Shown here: positions 8,684 through 16,225 of the stretch, piece after piece
How positions within the stretch are numbered: position 1 is the first letter of the stretch
Layout of the letters: every line of letters begins with the position of its first letter
Assembly (NCBI GenBank): GCA_049966395.1
Contig: JBMFUT010000011.1
Coordinates: 1 to 20,334 of the forward strand
DNA length: 20,334 nt
Source: Candidatus Micrarchaeia archaeon
GTDB lineage: Archaea > Micrarchaeota > Micrarchaeia > Micrarchaeales > CABMGC01
Direction: 5' to 3'
Notes under the pieces: generated by a model
What the model was told of the DNA's origin: nothing
Seen by the model: the letters and a program-made list of their open reading frames with translations, nothing else
Database searches by the model: none
Position numbers and translations under genes: made by a program

Positions 8684-9268
8684 CTAAGCGCCTGGCACTG
8701 ACTTCTTTCGCTTAGCGTTGCCCTCCTTTTCCTCCAAAAAGCCTACAAGAAGCTTGAGGCTTTTTTTGAGGTCAGCGATGCTGCCCGTGTTAAGCACCAC
8801 GTAGTCAGTGCTCATTATTGCGCTTGCTATACCAAGTTTCCCCTCTTTTTTCTCCCTGAATTTGAATTCGTTGTAGTTTTTAGGATCGTCTTTCCTTCCC
8901 CTGCCCTCCAGTCTTTCGTACCTGCTTTTCGCCGGCGCGTAAATTTCAACAGTGGCAAATCTCTTGAAAATCCTCCTGAAATAAGAAAGCTCATCGGCGT
9001 TCCTTACGCCAACTATTGCGATTTTGCCCCTATTGCGAAGATTTTTTATCTTCTTGGCAGTAAGCTTTGCGACTATGTCGTTTCCGCCCCTCTTTCTTAT
9101 GTCTATTGCGAAGTTGCGCATGTTTTCGTTGGTAACCTTTATGCCGTTTCTTTTCATCTCCTCCCTTATCAAGTCCCCCATCTCTATTATCTTGAAGCCC
9201 ATCTTGCCCAGAATATCCGCAGTAACGCTTTTTCCTGAGCCGGGCATTCCTGTTATGCAAATTATCAT
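8684..9268 (-). CDS. UPF0200 / dephospho-CoA-kinase-like P-loop protein
   Basis: IICITGMPGSGKS Walker A, MGDLIREE, GVRNADE and RGRKDDP motifs. Confidence 0.88.
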   Translation of the reverse strand: MIICITGMPGSGKSVTADILGKMGFKIIEMGDLIREEMKRNGIKVTNENMRNFAIDIRKRGGNDIVAKLTAKKIKNLRNRGKIAIVGVRNADELSYFRRIFKRFATVEIYAPAKSRYERLEGRGRKDDPKNYNEFKFREKKEGKLGIASAIMSTDYVVLNTGSIADLKKSLKLLVGFLEEKEGNAKRKKSVPGA

Positions 9269-9275
9269 GCAATCA

Positions 9276-9602
9276 TCAATGAACGAGGCTTCCTTCCTTC
9301 ACATCCTTGTCTACTGTAAGTAGCGCAAGCGTGTTGCCATCTTCAGCAGCAAGAAGCATGCCGTTGGACTCTATCCCTGCCACGGCCTTAGGCTCCAAGT
9401 TGAAAACGCAAACGATTTTTTTGCCTGCAAGCTCATCCTTGGAATATCTGCCCTTTATTCCTGCCACCACTGTGCGTTCGCCAAGCTCTCCGAAGCTGAG
9501 CCTTAGGACGTACATTGGCTTTCTTGCCGTAGGGTGGTCGTCTACATTTACTATTTTGCCTATCCTCAATTCTATTTTGTTGAATTCCTCTATGCTGGCC
9601 AT
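9276..9602 (-). CDS. Stand-alone tRNA-binding OB-fold protein (Trbp111/CsaA/MetRS C-terminal domain family)
   Basis: F-x-KIELRIGKI, HPTARKP, RTVVAGI and NLEPKAVAGIESNGMLLAA motifs. Confidence 0.92.
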   Translation of the reverse strand: MASIEEFNKIELRIGKIVNVDDHPTARKPMYVLRLSFGELGERTVVAGIKGRYSKDELAGKKIVCVFNLEPKAVAGIESNGMLLAAEDGNTLALLTVDKDVKEGSLVH

Positions 9603-9653
9603 CTGTTCACCATCTCCTTTTATTTTTTGTTGGCAATTGATAAATGTCTTTGC

Positions 9654-10199
9654 ATGCGGGCATTCATAGCAATAGACATACCAGAAGAAATAAGGAAAGG
9701 CATATCAGGGGTATCGGCAGAGGTTGCCATGCCTGGCATAGTTTTGGTTAAGCCTGAAGTGATGCATATAACCATGCAGTTCCTTGGAGAAATAGACGAG
9801 CATACTTCGGAAAATGTCATCGCAGCTCTAGACCAACTGGACTTCGAGAGCTTCAACGTGTCACTGCGCGGGATTGGCTATTTCTCTCCCGACTTCATAA
9901 GGGTGCTATTCGTTAGCTTGTCTGAAGGCGAAAAAAAGCTCAAAGCGCTCTATGATTCAATAGGTTCGCTGCTAGCTTCGAAAGGCGTCGTTTTTGATGG
10001 CAACGATTATACGCCTCACGTGACAATAGCAAGGGCGAAGTACTTGAAGGACAAGACAAGCATAATAAAATTCGTAGAAAGGTACAAAACTTACGATTTT
10101 GGCAGTTTCACTGTAGGCAATGTGAAACTGAAGAAAAGCGTGCTTGGAAGTTCTGGCCCCACATATACTGATTTATATTCAAAAGCTCTCATGCCTTAG
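9654..10199 (+). CDS. thpR: RNA 2',3'-cyclic phosphodiesterase (2H family, '2'-5' RNA ligase')
   Basis: MRAFIAIDIP start; two HxT motifs (MHITMQFLGE, PHVTIAR); KSVLGSSGPTY C-terminus. Confidence 0.93.
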   Translation: MRAFIAIDIPEEIRKGISGVSAEVAMPGIVLVKPEVMHITMQFLGEIDEHTSENVIAALDQLDFESFNVSLRGIGYFSPDFIRVLFVSLSEGEKKLKALYDSIGSLLASKGVVFDGNDYTPHVTIARAKYLKDKTSIIKFVERYKTYDFGSFTVGNVKLKKSVLGSSGPTYTDLYSKALMP

Positions 10200-10758
10200 G
10201 CGTTTGTGTATTCTGTATCTTTAGCTCCCCTGGCCTGTATATCCTATCTTCAAGCAGCAGATCATAGCTGCTCCCAGTCTTGAGATCTATCACAATGTGC
10301 CTGTATTCGTCGCCGAAAAGATCAGCTTCTACAACGCTCCCTTTAGTTAGCTTGCGCACCTCCTCTACAAGCCTGAGCATCTCCGCGTTGCCGTTCAGCA
10401 TACCGATTGCCCTGATCTCTATGTTTGGCCTTGAAAATCGTCTTAAGTACTTTTCCAGCGCCTCTTTTTCTTTTTTCTGCGGCATTTTAGTAGGCCTGAA
10501 AGCAACTATTTCCATGGAATTCAGGTTGTATATCGACAAGAACAAATCATCTTCTATGCTCTTTGCTGCAACGTATCTCAAGCCAAGAGGATCGTATTTG
10601 TCGAAAGTCATCTCACCCTTTTCGACAAACTTGGCCTTATCAGAAATCATCGAAAGGGAAGAGTGCGACCTGACGCTTCCGCCAGTTCCCGCGTAAAACC
10701 TTTCTTTGGAAAACGATCCGGCCATGCTTGCTTCGTTTATGGCTTTCCAGTGGTCCAT
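10189..10758 (-). CDS. Hypothetical protein, probable CheD/NTAN1-like fold without the catalytic Cys/His
   Basis: Long ORF converging on thpR with an 11-nt overlap; VEKGEM, NIEIRAIG and EADLFGDEYRHIVIDLKTG resemble CheD segments. Start uncertain (10758 or 10767). Confidence 0.7.
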   Translation of the reverse strand: MDHWKAINEASMAGSFSKERFYAGTGGSVRSHSSLSMISDKAKFVEKGEMTFDKYDPLGLRYVAAKSIEDDLFLSIYNLNSMEIVAFRPTKMPQKKEKEALEKYLRRFSRPNIEIRAIGMLNGNAEMLRLVEEVRKLTKGSVVEADLFGDEYRHIVIDLKTGSSYDLLLEDRIYRPGELKIQNTQTPKA

Positions 10759-10810
10759 AATAATCATATAAGCTGAACAAAATAAATTACTTTCCAAATA
10801 AGCAAATGTC

Positions 10811-10846
10811 GCAATTTCAACGCTAAATCCGGCAATTTGACGCTAA
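10811..10846. repeat. Imperfect direct repeat in the divergent promoter upstream of rpoD
   Basis: GCAATTTCAACGCTAA (10811-10826) and GCAATTTGACGCTAA (10832-10846), immediately followed by a TATATATA tract. Confidence 0.6.
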
Positions 10847-10975
10847 CATATATATATCTTATTAAATCATATTTCAATGCTAAGAGCGCTTCGGTCCGGC
10901 AGCGGCTTGTTCGCGCGGAGTGCCACGTTCTCATATGCGGCAAAACATCTACTATTTGATAATTAGGCTGGTATC

Positions 10976-11545
10976 ATGAAATTAAGCTTTATAGAGGACA
11001 CGCCTTTTGCAATCAAGTTCAAAATAGAGGGCATAGACTACAATATCGCAAATGCGATAAGGCGAGTTGCAATAAACAGTGTCAAAACTTTTGCCATTGA
11101 CAGAGTTACTTTTTACGAGAACACCAGTGCTATGTTTGATGAATACATAGCGCATAGGATAGGGCTGGTGCCAATCGCAACACCACTGAAAGGATACGAC
11201 GAGAAAGACGAAATAATGTTCAAGCTGGAAGAGGAAGGTCCAAAGACTGTATATTCGAAGAGCCTGGAAAGCACAGACAAGAACGTGAAAGTCGCGAATG
11301 AAAACATACCAATAATAAAGCTCGGCGAGGGCCAGCGCCTCAGGATAGAGGGCAAGGCTGTGCTCGGAGACGCAAGGAAAAGCGCAAAGTTCCAGCCCGG
11401 ACTCATTACTTACAAGCCAGTGGAAGGAGGCTTTGAGTTTTATATAGAAACTTTCGGCCAAATGGCGGCTAAGGACATCCTGGAGAAAACGCTTCAGCTG
11501 ATAGAAGAAGAGCTAAAGGAAATTTCAAAGAACGTCAAAAAATGA
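10976..11545 (+). CDS. rpoD: DNA-directed RNA polymerase subunit D (Rpo3), short form
   Basis: ANAIRR, AIDRVTFYENTSAMFDEYIAHRIGLVPI, IPIIKLGEGQ, AKFQP and FYIETFGQM motifs. Confidence 0.96.
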   Translation: MKLSFIEDTPFAIKFKIEGIDYNIANAIRRVAINSVKTFAIDRVTFYENTSAMFDEYIAHRIGLVPIATPLKGYDEKDEIMFKLEEEGPKTVYSKSLESTDKNVKVANENIPIIKLGEGQRLRIEGKAVLGDARKSAKFQPGLITYKPVEGGFEFYIETFGQMAAKDILEKTLQLIEEELKEISKNVKK

Positions 11546-11547
11546 GT

Positions 11548-11634
11548 GCGGGGGTGGCAGAGCTTGGCCAAATGCGCAGGACTGAGGCTCCTGTAGCTTT
11601 AGAGCTTGCGAGAGTTCAAATCTCTCCCCCCGCA
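11548..11634 (+). tRNA. tRNA-Leu(GAG)
   Basis: GCGGGGG...CAGGA CT GAG GC TCCTG, long variable arm, GAGAG TTCAAAT CTCTC CCCCCGC A. Confidence 0.96.
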
Positions 11635-11682
11635 TAGATTTTTATAGTGTTATGCGTAAAAATAGCAATAAACGGTGTTGAC

Positions 11683-12024
11683 GTGAAGAGCGCGGCAGAA
11701 AATGCAAATATAAATTCGTGGCTGTACGCCATATCTAGTAGCGATGCGAAGAACTCTGGGCTGTTCAAGCGCGTCTCGGAACTTGTCGCATTGCCAAAGA
11801 GGAAGCGCATAGCTGTCAATGTAGACAAGCTTGACAAGCAGACCAAGGAAGGCGAGGTTGTCATAGTTCCGGGCAAGGTCCTTGCGGCGGGGAAGATAAG
11901 CCACAGGATAAGCATCTGCGCCGTGAACTACTCCGCCGATGCCGAAAGAAAGCTCAAGGAGGCAAAATGCGATCTGCTGAGCATAGAGGAGATCCTTAAA
12001 AGGAAACCGCGGATAATTATATAA
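11683..12024 (+). CDS. rpl18e: 50S ribosomal protein L18e
   Basis: PKRKRIAVNVDKL, VIVPGKVLAAG and YSADAERKL motifs; conserved position after rpoD/tRNA-Leu. GTG 11683 chosen because of the upstream GGTG RBS. Confidence 0.92.
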   Translation: MKSAAENANINSWLYAISSSDAKNSGLFKRVSELVALPKRKRIAVNVDKLDKQTKEGEVVIVPGKVLAAGKISHRISICAVNYSADAERKLKEAKCDLLSIEEILKRKPRIII

Positions 12025-12083
12025 ATCAAAAGAGGCAGAAAGTAAATATCCTATTGCACAAAGAGAAAACTCAGGCGATATTC

Positions 12084-12515
12084 ATGGAAGAAGTAGTTAT
12101 AGACGGCGCTGGCGGCATACTTGGCCGCACTGCAAGTGCAGCTGCAAAAATGCTGCTCAATGGCAGCAAGGTCAACATCGTAAACGCCGAGAAGATGCTT
12201 ATAAGCGGGCACTTTGATAGCATAGTGTCAAAGTACAAGAGAAGGATAAATCTGAAGGACAAGGCAAACCCGGAGCACTCCCCATTTTGGTCCAGAAGGC
12301 CGGACTTCCTAGTGAGGCGCGTGGTGCGCGGAATGCTTCCATACAAGCAGGCAAAGGGCAAGAGCGCCTACAAGAACCTGCGCGTGTACATTGGCATACC
12401 TAAGGAGCTTGAAGGTTTAAAGCAAGTCAAGATAACTAACAAGCCAGCAGAGAAAATATTCGAAAGGACTTATACAGTAGAAGAGCTTTCAAGGGCTCTT
12501 GGATACAACAGATGA
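12084..12515 (+). CDS. rpl13: 50S ribosomal protein L13 (uL13)
   Basis: IDGAGGILGRTAS, VNAEK and RRPDFLVRRVVRGMLPYK motifs. Confidence 0.96.
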   Translation: MEEVVIDGAGGILGRTASAAAKMLLNGSKVNIVNAEKMLISGHFDSIVSKYKRRINLKDKANPEHSPFWSRRPDFLVRRVVRGMLPYKQAKGKSAYKNLRVYIGIPKELEGLKQVKITNKPAEKIFERTYTVEELSRALGYNR

Positions 12516-12519
12516 TATT

Positions 12520-13041
12520 ATGGAAAGCCCAAAAGGTTTGGAAAACTTAAACAAGGAACTTAGTTCTGTCATAGGCCCGGCGCCCGCTGCGGAAGCACCG
12601 AAGACAAAAAAGAAGAGGGTAAGCAAAGAGAAGCAAAAAGTGATACTTACAAAGGGCAAGAGGAAGGTTGCAGTGGCAAGGGTCAGAATGGTAAAGGGCG
12701 AAAGCCGCATAACTATCAATGGCATGGACATAAATCTTCTTAAGCCGAGGGAGACGCGCGAACTCATACTGGAGCCAGTGAACTTCTCCAATCTCACAAA
12801 AGAAATCGCAGAAAACTACAACATAAAGATAAATGTGCATGGAGGCGGCTTCAGCGGCCAGGCTCAAGCAGCAAGAACGGCGCTTGCGAAAGCAATAGCC
12901 GCTGCGGCTAGCTCTGACGTTGTAGCCAAGTCTTATATGAAATACGACAGATACATGCTTGTCGATGACGTGAGGCAGGTCGAGCCAAAGAAGTTCAAAG
13001 GCCCTAAGGCGAGAGCCAGGTTCCAAACGTCATACAGGTAA
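12520..13041 (+). CDS. rps9: 30S ribosomal protein S9 (uS9) with N-terminal extension
   Basis: [28 protein letters not shown] and [19 protein letters not shown] motifs. Confidence 0.97.
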   Translation: MESPKGLENLNKELSSVIGPAPAAEAPKTKKKRVSKEKQKVILTKGKRKVAVARVRMVKGESRITINGMDINLLKPRETRELILEPVNFSNLTKEIAENYNIKINVHGGGFSGQAQAARTALAKAIAAAASSDVVAKSYMKYDRYMLVDDVRQVEPKKFKGPKARARFQTSYR

Positions 13042-13063
13042 ATTGCACTTAGTAAGTGATAAA

Positions 13064-13264
13064 ATGATGATTCCGGTAAGATGCTTCTCATGCGGCCAAG
13101 TCGTAGCTGACAAATGGGAAGAGTTCGACAGGCGCGTGCACAAGGAACACGAGGATGCTGAAAAGGTCCTTGATGATCTCAACGTTAAAAGATACTGCTG
13201 CAGGCGCATGCTCATAAGCAATGTCGACCTTATAGACGACGTGATGAACTTTGACAGGAAATAG
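13064..13264 (+). CDS. rpoN: DNA-directed RNA polymerase subunit N (Rpo10)
   Basis: [11 protein letters not shown]...RYCCRRML zinc motif. Confidence 0.97.
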   Translation: MMIPVRCFSCGQVVADKWEEFDRRVHKEHEDAEKVLDDLNVKRYCCRRMLISNVDLIDDVMNFDRK

Positions 13265-13311
13265 GCATTCCAGGCAAGTAATAAAAATGTTAATGAGTAA
13301 TATTGTAGCGC

Positions 13312-13397
13312 GGGGTCGTCTGCTAGCCTGGTTAGGCTCTGTGCTTAGGGGGCACATGACCCGAGTTCAAAAACACATGAAAATCTCGGCGGCCCCG
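13312..13397 (+). tRNA. tRNA-Pro with AGG anticodon and a 12-nt intron at 59/60 (13372-13383)
   Basis: Acceptor stem GGGGTCG/CGGCCCC; anticodon arm TGTGC-TTAGGGG-GCACA; T arm CCGAG-TTCAAA[AACACATGAAAA]T-CTCGG; syntenic with the usual rpoN-tRNA-Pro position. Confidence 0.88.
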
Positions 13398-13410
13398 TTC
13401 GTGTGATATT

Positions 13411-13641
13411 ATGCATGGCAAGGAACAAAATCAGAAAGCTGCGCTGATGGAACTTTACAACAGCAGTAATGGCGATGCTTTGCTCGCAGCCAAAACACTT
13501 TACAGCAGCCTAAGCCATGACGAACTGAAGACTCTTGTGGCAGAGCTCTCGAATGTGAGTATTGACGATAAAAAAGTTAATGATTTCACAAATGAGCTCA
13601 GCAAAAAAATAAGCTTGCTAATGGAAAAAAGAGAGCAGTGA
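13411..13641 (+). CDS. Hypothetical small helical protein (76 aa)
   Basis: ORF fills the gap between tRNA-Pro and rps2; no RpoK motif. Confidence 0.6.
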   Translation: MHGKEQNQKAALMELYNSSNGDALLAAKTLYSSLSHDELKTLVAELSNVSIDDKKVNDFTNELSKKISLLMEKREQ

Positions 13642-13646
13642 TCAAT

Positions 13647-14261
13647 ATGGAAGATGAATTTTTAATAGACCAAGCCGAATATCTTGAGGCCGGCATTCAC
13701 ATAGGCACAAAAGTCAAAACGCCCGGCATGAAGAAATTCATATACAAAGTTAGGGAGGACGGCCTTTACCTGCTTAATCTAAAAACAACCGACGAGCGCA
13801 TAAAGCTCGCCGCGAAGATGCTTGCCGCATACGATCCTAAAGAGATAGTAGTCACCGCATCTAGAATGTACGCAATTGCAGCCGCTTCCAAGTTTGCTGA
13901 AATAATAAAGGCAAAATTCATAGAGGGAAGGGTGATGCCTGGAATATTCACAAACCCTTACAGGGAAGACTTCATGGAGCCAAGCATAGTATTCATAAAC
14001 GACACAAGGAACGAACGCCAGGCGATAAGGGAAGCTAAAAAAACCAACATACCTGTGGTGGCGCTGTGCGACACCGACAACTGGGTAAAATTTGTAGACT
14101 TGATACTACCTTGCAATAACAAAGGAAGGCGTTCCCTTGCGCTCATCTACTACCTTATAGCAAGAGAATTCCTCAAAGAGAAAGGAATTATAAAGTCTAA
14201 CGAAGAGTTCAACTATAAGATTTCTGACTTCGAAGCAAAAGTCGAAATGAAGGCGAAGTAG
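13647..14261 (+). CDS. rps2: 30S ribosomal protein S2 (uS2)
   Basis: YLEAGIHIGTK, IYKVREDGLY, PGIFTNP, IPVVALCDTDN and PCNNKGRRSLAL motifs. Confidence 0.97.
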   Translation: MEDEFLIDQAEYLEAGIHIGTKVKTPGMKKFIYKVREDGLYLLNLKTTDERIKLAAKMLAAYDPKEIVVTASRMYAIAAASKFAEIIKAKFIEGRVMPGIFTNPYREDFMEPSIVFINDTRNERQAIREAKKTNIPVVALCDTDNWVKFVDLILPCNNKGRRSLALIYYLIAREFLKEKGIIKSNEEFNYKISDFEAKVEMKAK

Positions 14262-14801
14262 TTGAATGGTAAACTGCGCTCACAAGCAGCTGTAGACTTC
14301 ATGATGAGCTATGGTGTAGCTCTTCTAATCATAATAATCGCCGCCGGCATAATATACAAGGTCGGAGTATTAAACCCAAACATCGCGCCAGTTTACTGCC
14401 AACCCGCGCCAGGCTTTTCTTGCGGCCAGTTTTCGCTAAATACCAGCGGAGTAATCACGCTGAGCTTTTCACAGGCGACAGGGGGCCCCATAATAATAAA
14501 CGGAGTAGCATGCTCTAGCAAAGCCAACCAGACGACAGTAGGGCCTATGTACGGCAACGTCCACGTGACAAAAAACAGCGCCTACTATCCTCCAGGTGCA
14601 TATTCAAGCACCCCTCTCGGAAGTATCACAATGTACAGCGGCGGCACTTACATACTCTATGCAAACTGTTATGACAGCGCAGGAATCGCTTCTGGTAACA
14701 TTGGCAGCGCATTCTTTGGCTACGTGTGGCTCAATTATACTGTGCCAGGGTACGGAACTACCACGCAACAGGTGGCTACTTTCGTATCAAAATACACTTA
14801 G
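14262..14801 (+). CDS. Archaeal type IV pilin-like protein (class III signal peptide)
   Basis: KLRSQAAVDFMMSYGVALLIIII followed by C-x-PAPGFSC and QATG; TTG start abuts the rps2 stop. Confidence 0.8.
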   Translation: MNGKLRSQAAVDFMMSYGVALLIIIIAAGIIYKVGVLNPNIAPVYCQPAPGFSCGQFSLNTSGVITLSFSQATGGPIIINGVACSSKANQTTVGPMYGNVHVTKNSAYYPPGAYSSTPLGSITMYSGGTYILYANCYDSAGIASGNIGSAFFGYVWLNYTVPGYGTTTQQVATFVSKYT

Positions 14802-14826
14802 CCAACGCATTGCTGATCAATGCAAT

Positions 14827-16092
14827 TCAATACCATCCTCTTGCTTTCATCGCCTTTGCGACCCTATCTACTGCAATGATATATGCGGCGGTTCTTGGGG
14901 ATATCTTAACGCCATTGCCCTCGTATTGCTTCTTTATCGCCATAATGTCGTAGAAAGATTTTGTTATTATTTTGTCAAGCTTCGAATACACTTCGTCTGC
15001 ACTCCAATAGTATCCTCCTATGTTTTGTACCCATTCAAAGTAAGACACTATTACTCCGCCGCTGTTTACTAGAAAGTCTGGCAAATCTAATATTCCGCGC
15101 TCGTAAAGCGCCTCGTCTGCGTCAGGTGTCACTGGCCCGTTGGCGAGCTCAAGCACCATCTTCGCGTTTATTTTGTCGGCGTTGTCAGCCCTTATCTGGT
15201 TTTCTATGGCGGCAGGTATCAATATGTCAACATCGCTTTCAAGAAGCTGCTCGTTAGTTATCTTTGTGCCTCCTTCGTATCCCTGCACGCTGCCAGTGCT
15301 TTGCTTTGCAGCGTTGAGCTTGGCCAAGTCCAATCCATTGTCATCGTAGACGCCACCTTTGGAGTCGCTTATGGCAACAACCTTCGAGCCGAAGAGCTGC
15401 GTGGCAAGGGTATATGCAAACATGCCTGCGTTGCCAAAGCCCTGCACGGCGACTTTAGCATTCTTGAGGTCTATTCCGAGGAGCTTTGCGGCTTCCCTCA
15501 TCACAAACATTCCTCCCATGGCTGTGGAATTTCCCCTTCCTTCGCTTCCCCAAACTTCTAGCGGCTTGCCTGTTATAGTGCCAAATGCATTGTATCTTAC
15601 TATGTTAGCGTATTCATCCATCATCCACGCCATGATTTGTGGCGTAGTGTAAACGTCTGGCGCGGGTATGTCAACTTCGGGGCCTATGAACTTTCCAAGT
15701 GCCCTTATGTACCCTCTTGAAAGTGCCTCAATTTCTGTGTCGTTCATCTGCTTGGTGTCGCATATTATGCCTCCCTTCGCACCGCCATATGGTATGTTGG
15801 CCAACGAAGTCTTCCATGTCATCCAAGCTGCCAAAGCCTTAACCGTGTCGAGGCTCTCTTCCGGGTGAAACCTTATTCCGCCTTTCACCGGCCCCCTGGC
15901 GTCATTGTATTGCACCCTGAAACCAGTAAACACGTGCGTTTCTCCATCCCTCATTTTTACAGGTATGTTTACTGTAAGGGTCCTCATAGGTTCCCTGAGT
16001 ATCTGGTGCGCCTGCTTGTCAAGCTTCATTACTTCCGCAGCCTTGTCCAGCTGCGCCTGTGCGATCTTGAAAGGATTCAATTCCTCGGTCAT
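14827..16092 (-). CDS. gdhA: Glutamate dehydrogenase (Glu/Leu/Phe/Val dehydrogenase family)
   Basis: [45 protein letters not shown] and [15 protein letters not shown] motifs. ATG 16092 follows an AGGTG RBS. Confidence 0.96.
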   Translation of the reverse strand: MTEELNPFKIAQAQLDKAAEVMKLDKQAHQILREPMRTLTVNIPVKMRDGETHVFTGFRVQYNDARGPVKGGIRFHPEESLDTVKALAAWMTWKTSLANIPYGGAKGGIICDTKQMNDTEIEALSRGYIRALGKFIGPEVDIPAPDVYTTPQIMAWMMDEYANIVRYNAFGTITGKPLEVWGSEGRGNSTAMGGMFVMREAAKLLGIDLKNAKVAVQGFGNAGMFAYTLATQLFGSKVVAISDSKGGVYDDNGLDLAKLNAAKQSTGSVQGYEGGTKITNEQLLESDVDILIPAAIENQIRADNADKINAKMVLELANGPVTPDADEALYERGILDLPDFLVNSGGVIVSYFEWVQNIGGYYWSADEVYSKLDKIITKSFYDIMAIKKQYEGNGVKISPRTAAYIIAVDRVAKAMKARGWY

Positions 16093-16225
16093 TGAAAACA
16101 CCTAAATATCTAGTATGCAACATCCCCGCTCAAATAAGCATACCAAAATGCTGCTAATTTACTAACTGCCAAATATAAAAATAAAAACATTTGTTAGGTC
16201 ATTGCAACGCATGATACAAATTAAG

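Noticed and set aside
13411..13641. rpoK by synteny
   Set aside because: Lacks the RpoK signature sequence.
14596..16105. Plus-strand ORFs overlapping gdhA and the pilin gene
   Set aside because: Alternative-frame or antisense shadows of well-supported genes.
16102..16225. Possible riboswitch-like alternative hairpins upstream of gdhA
   Set aside because: Only short AT-rich stems (AGCAT/ATGCT, GTATGC/GCATAC); indistinguishable from chance.
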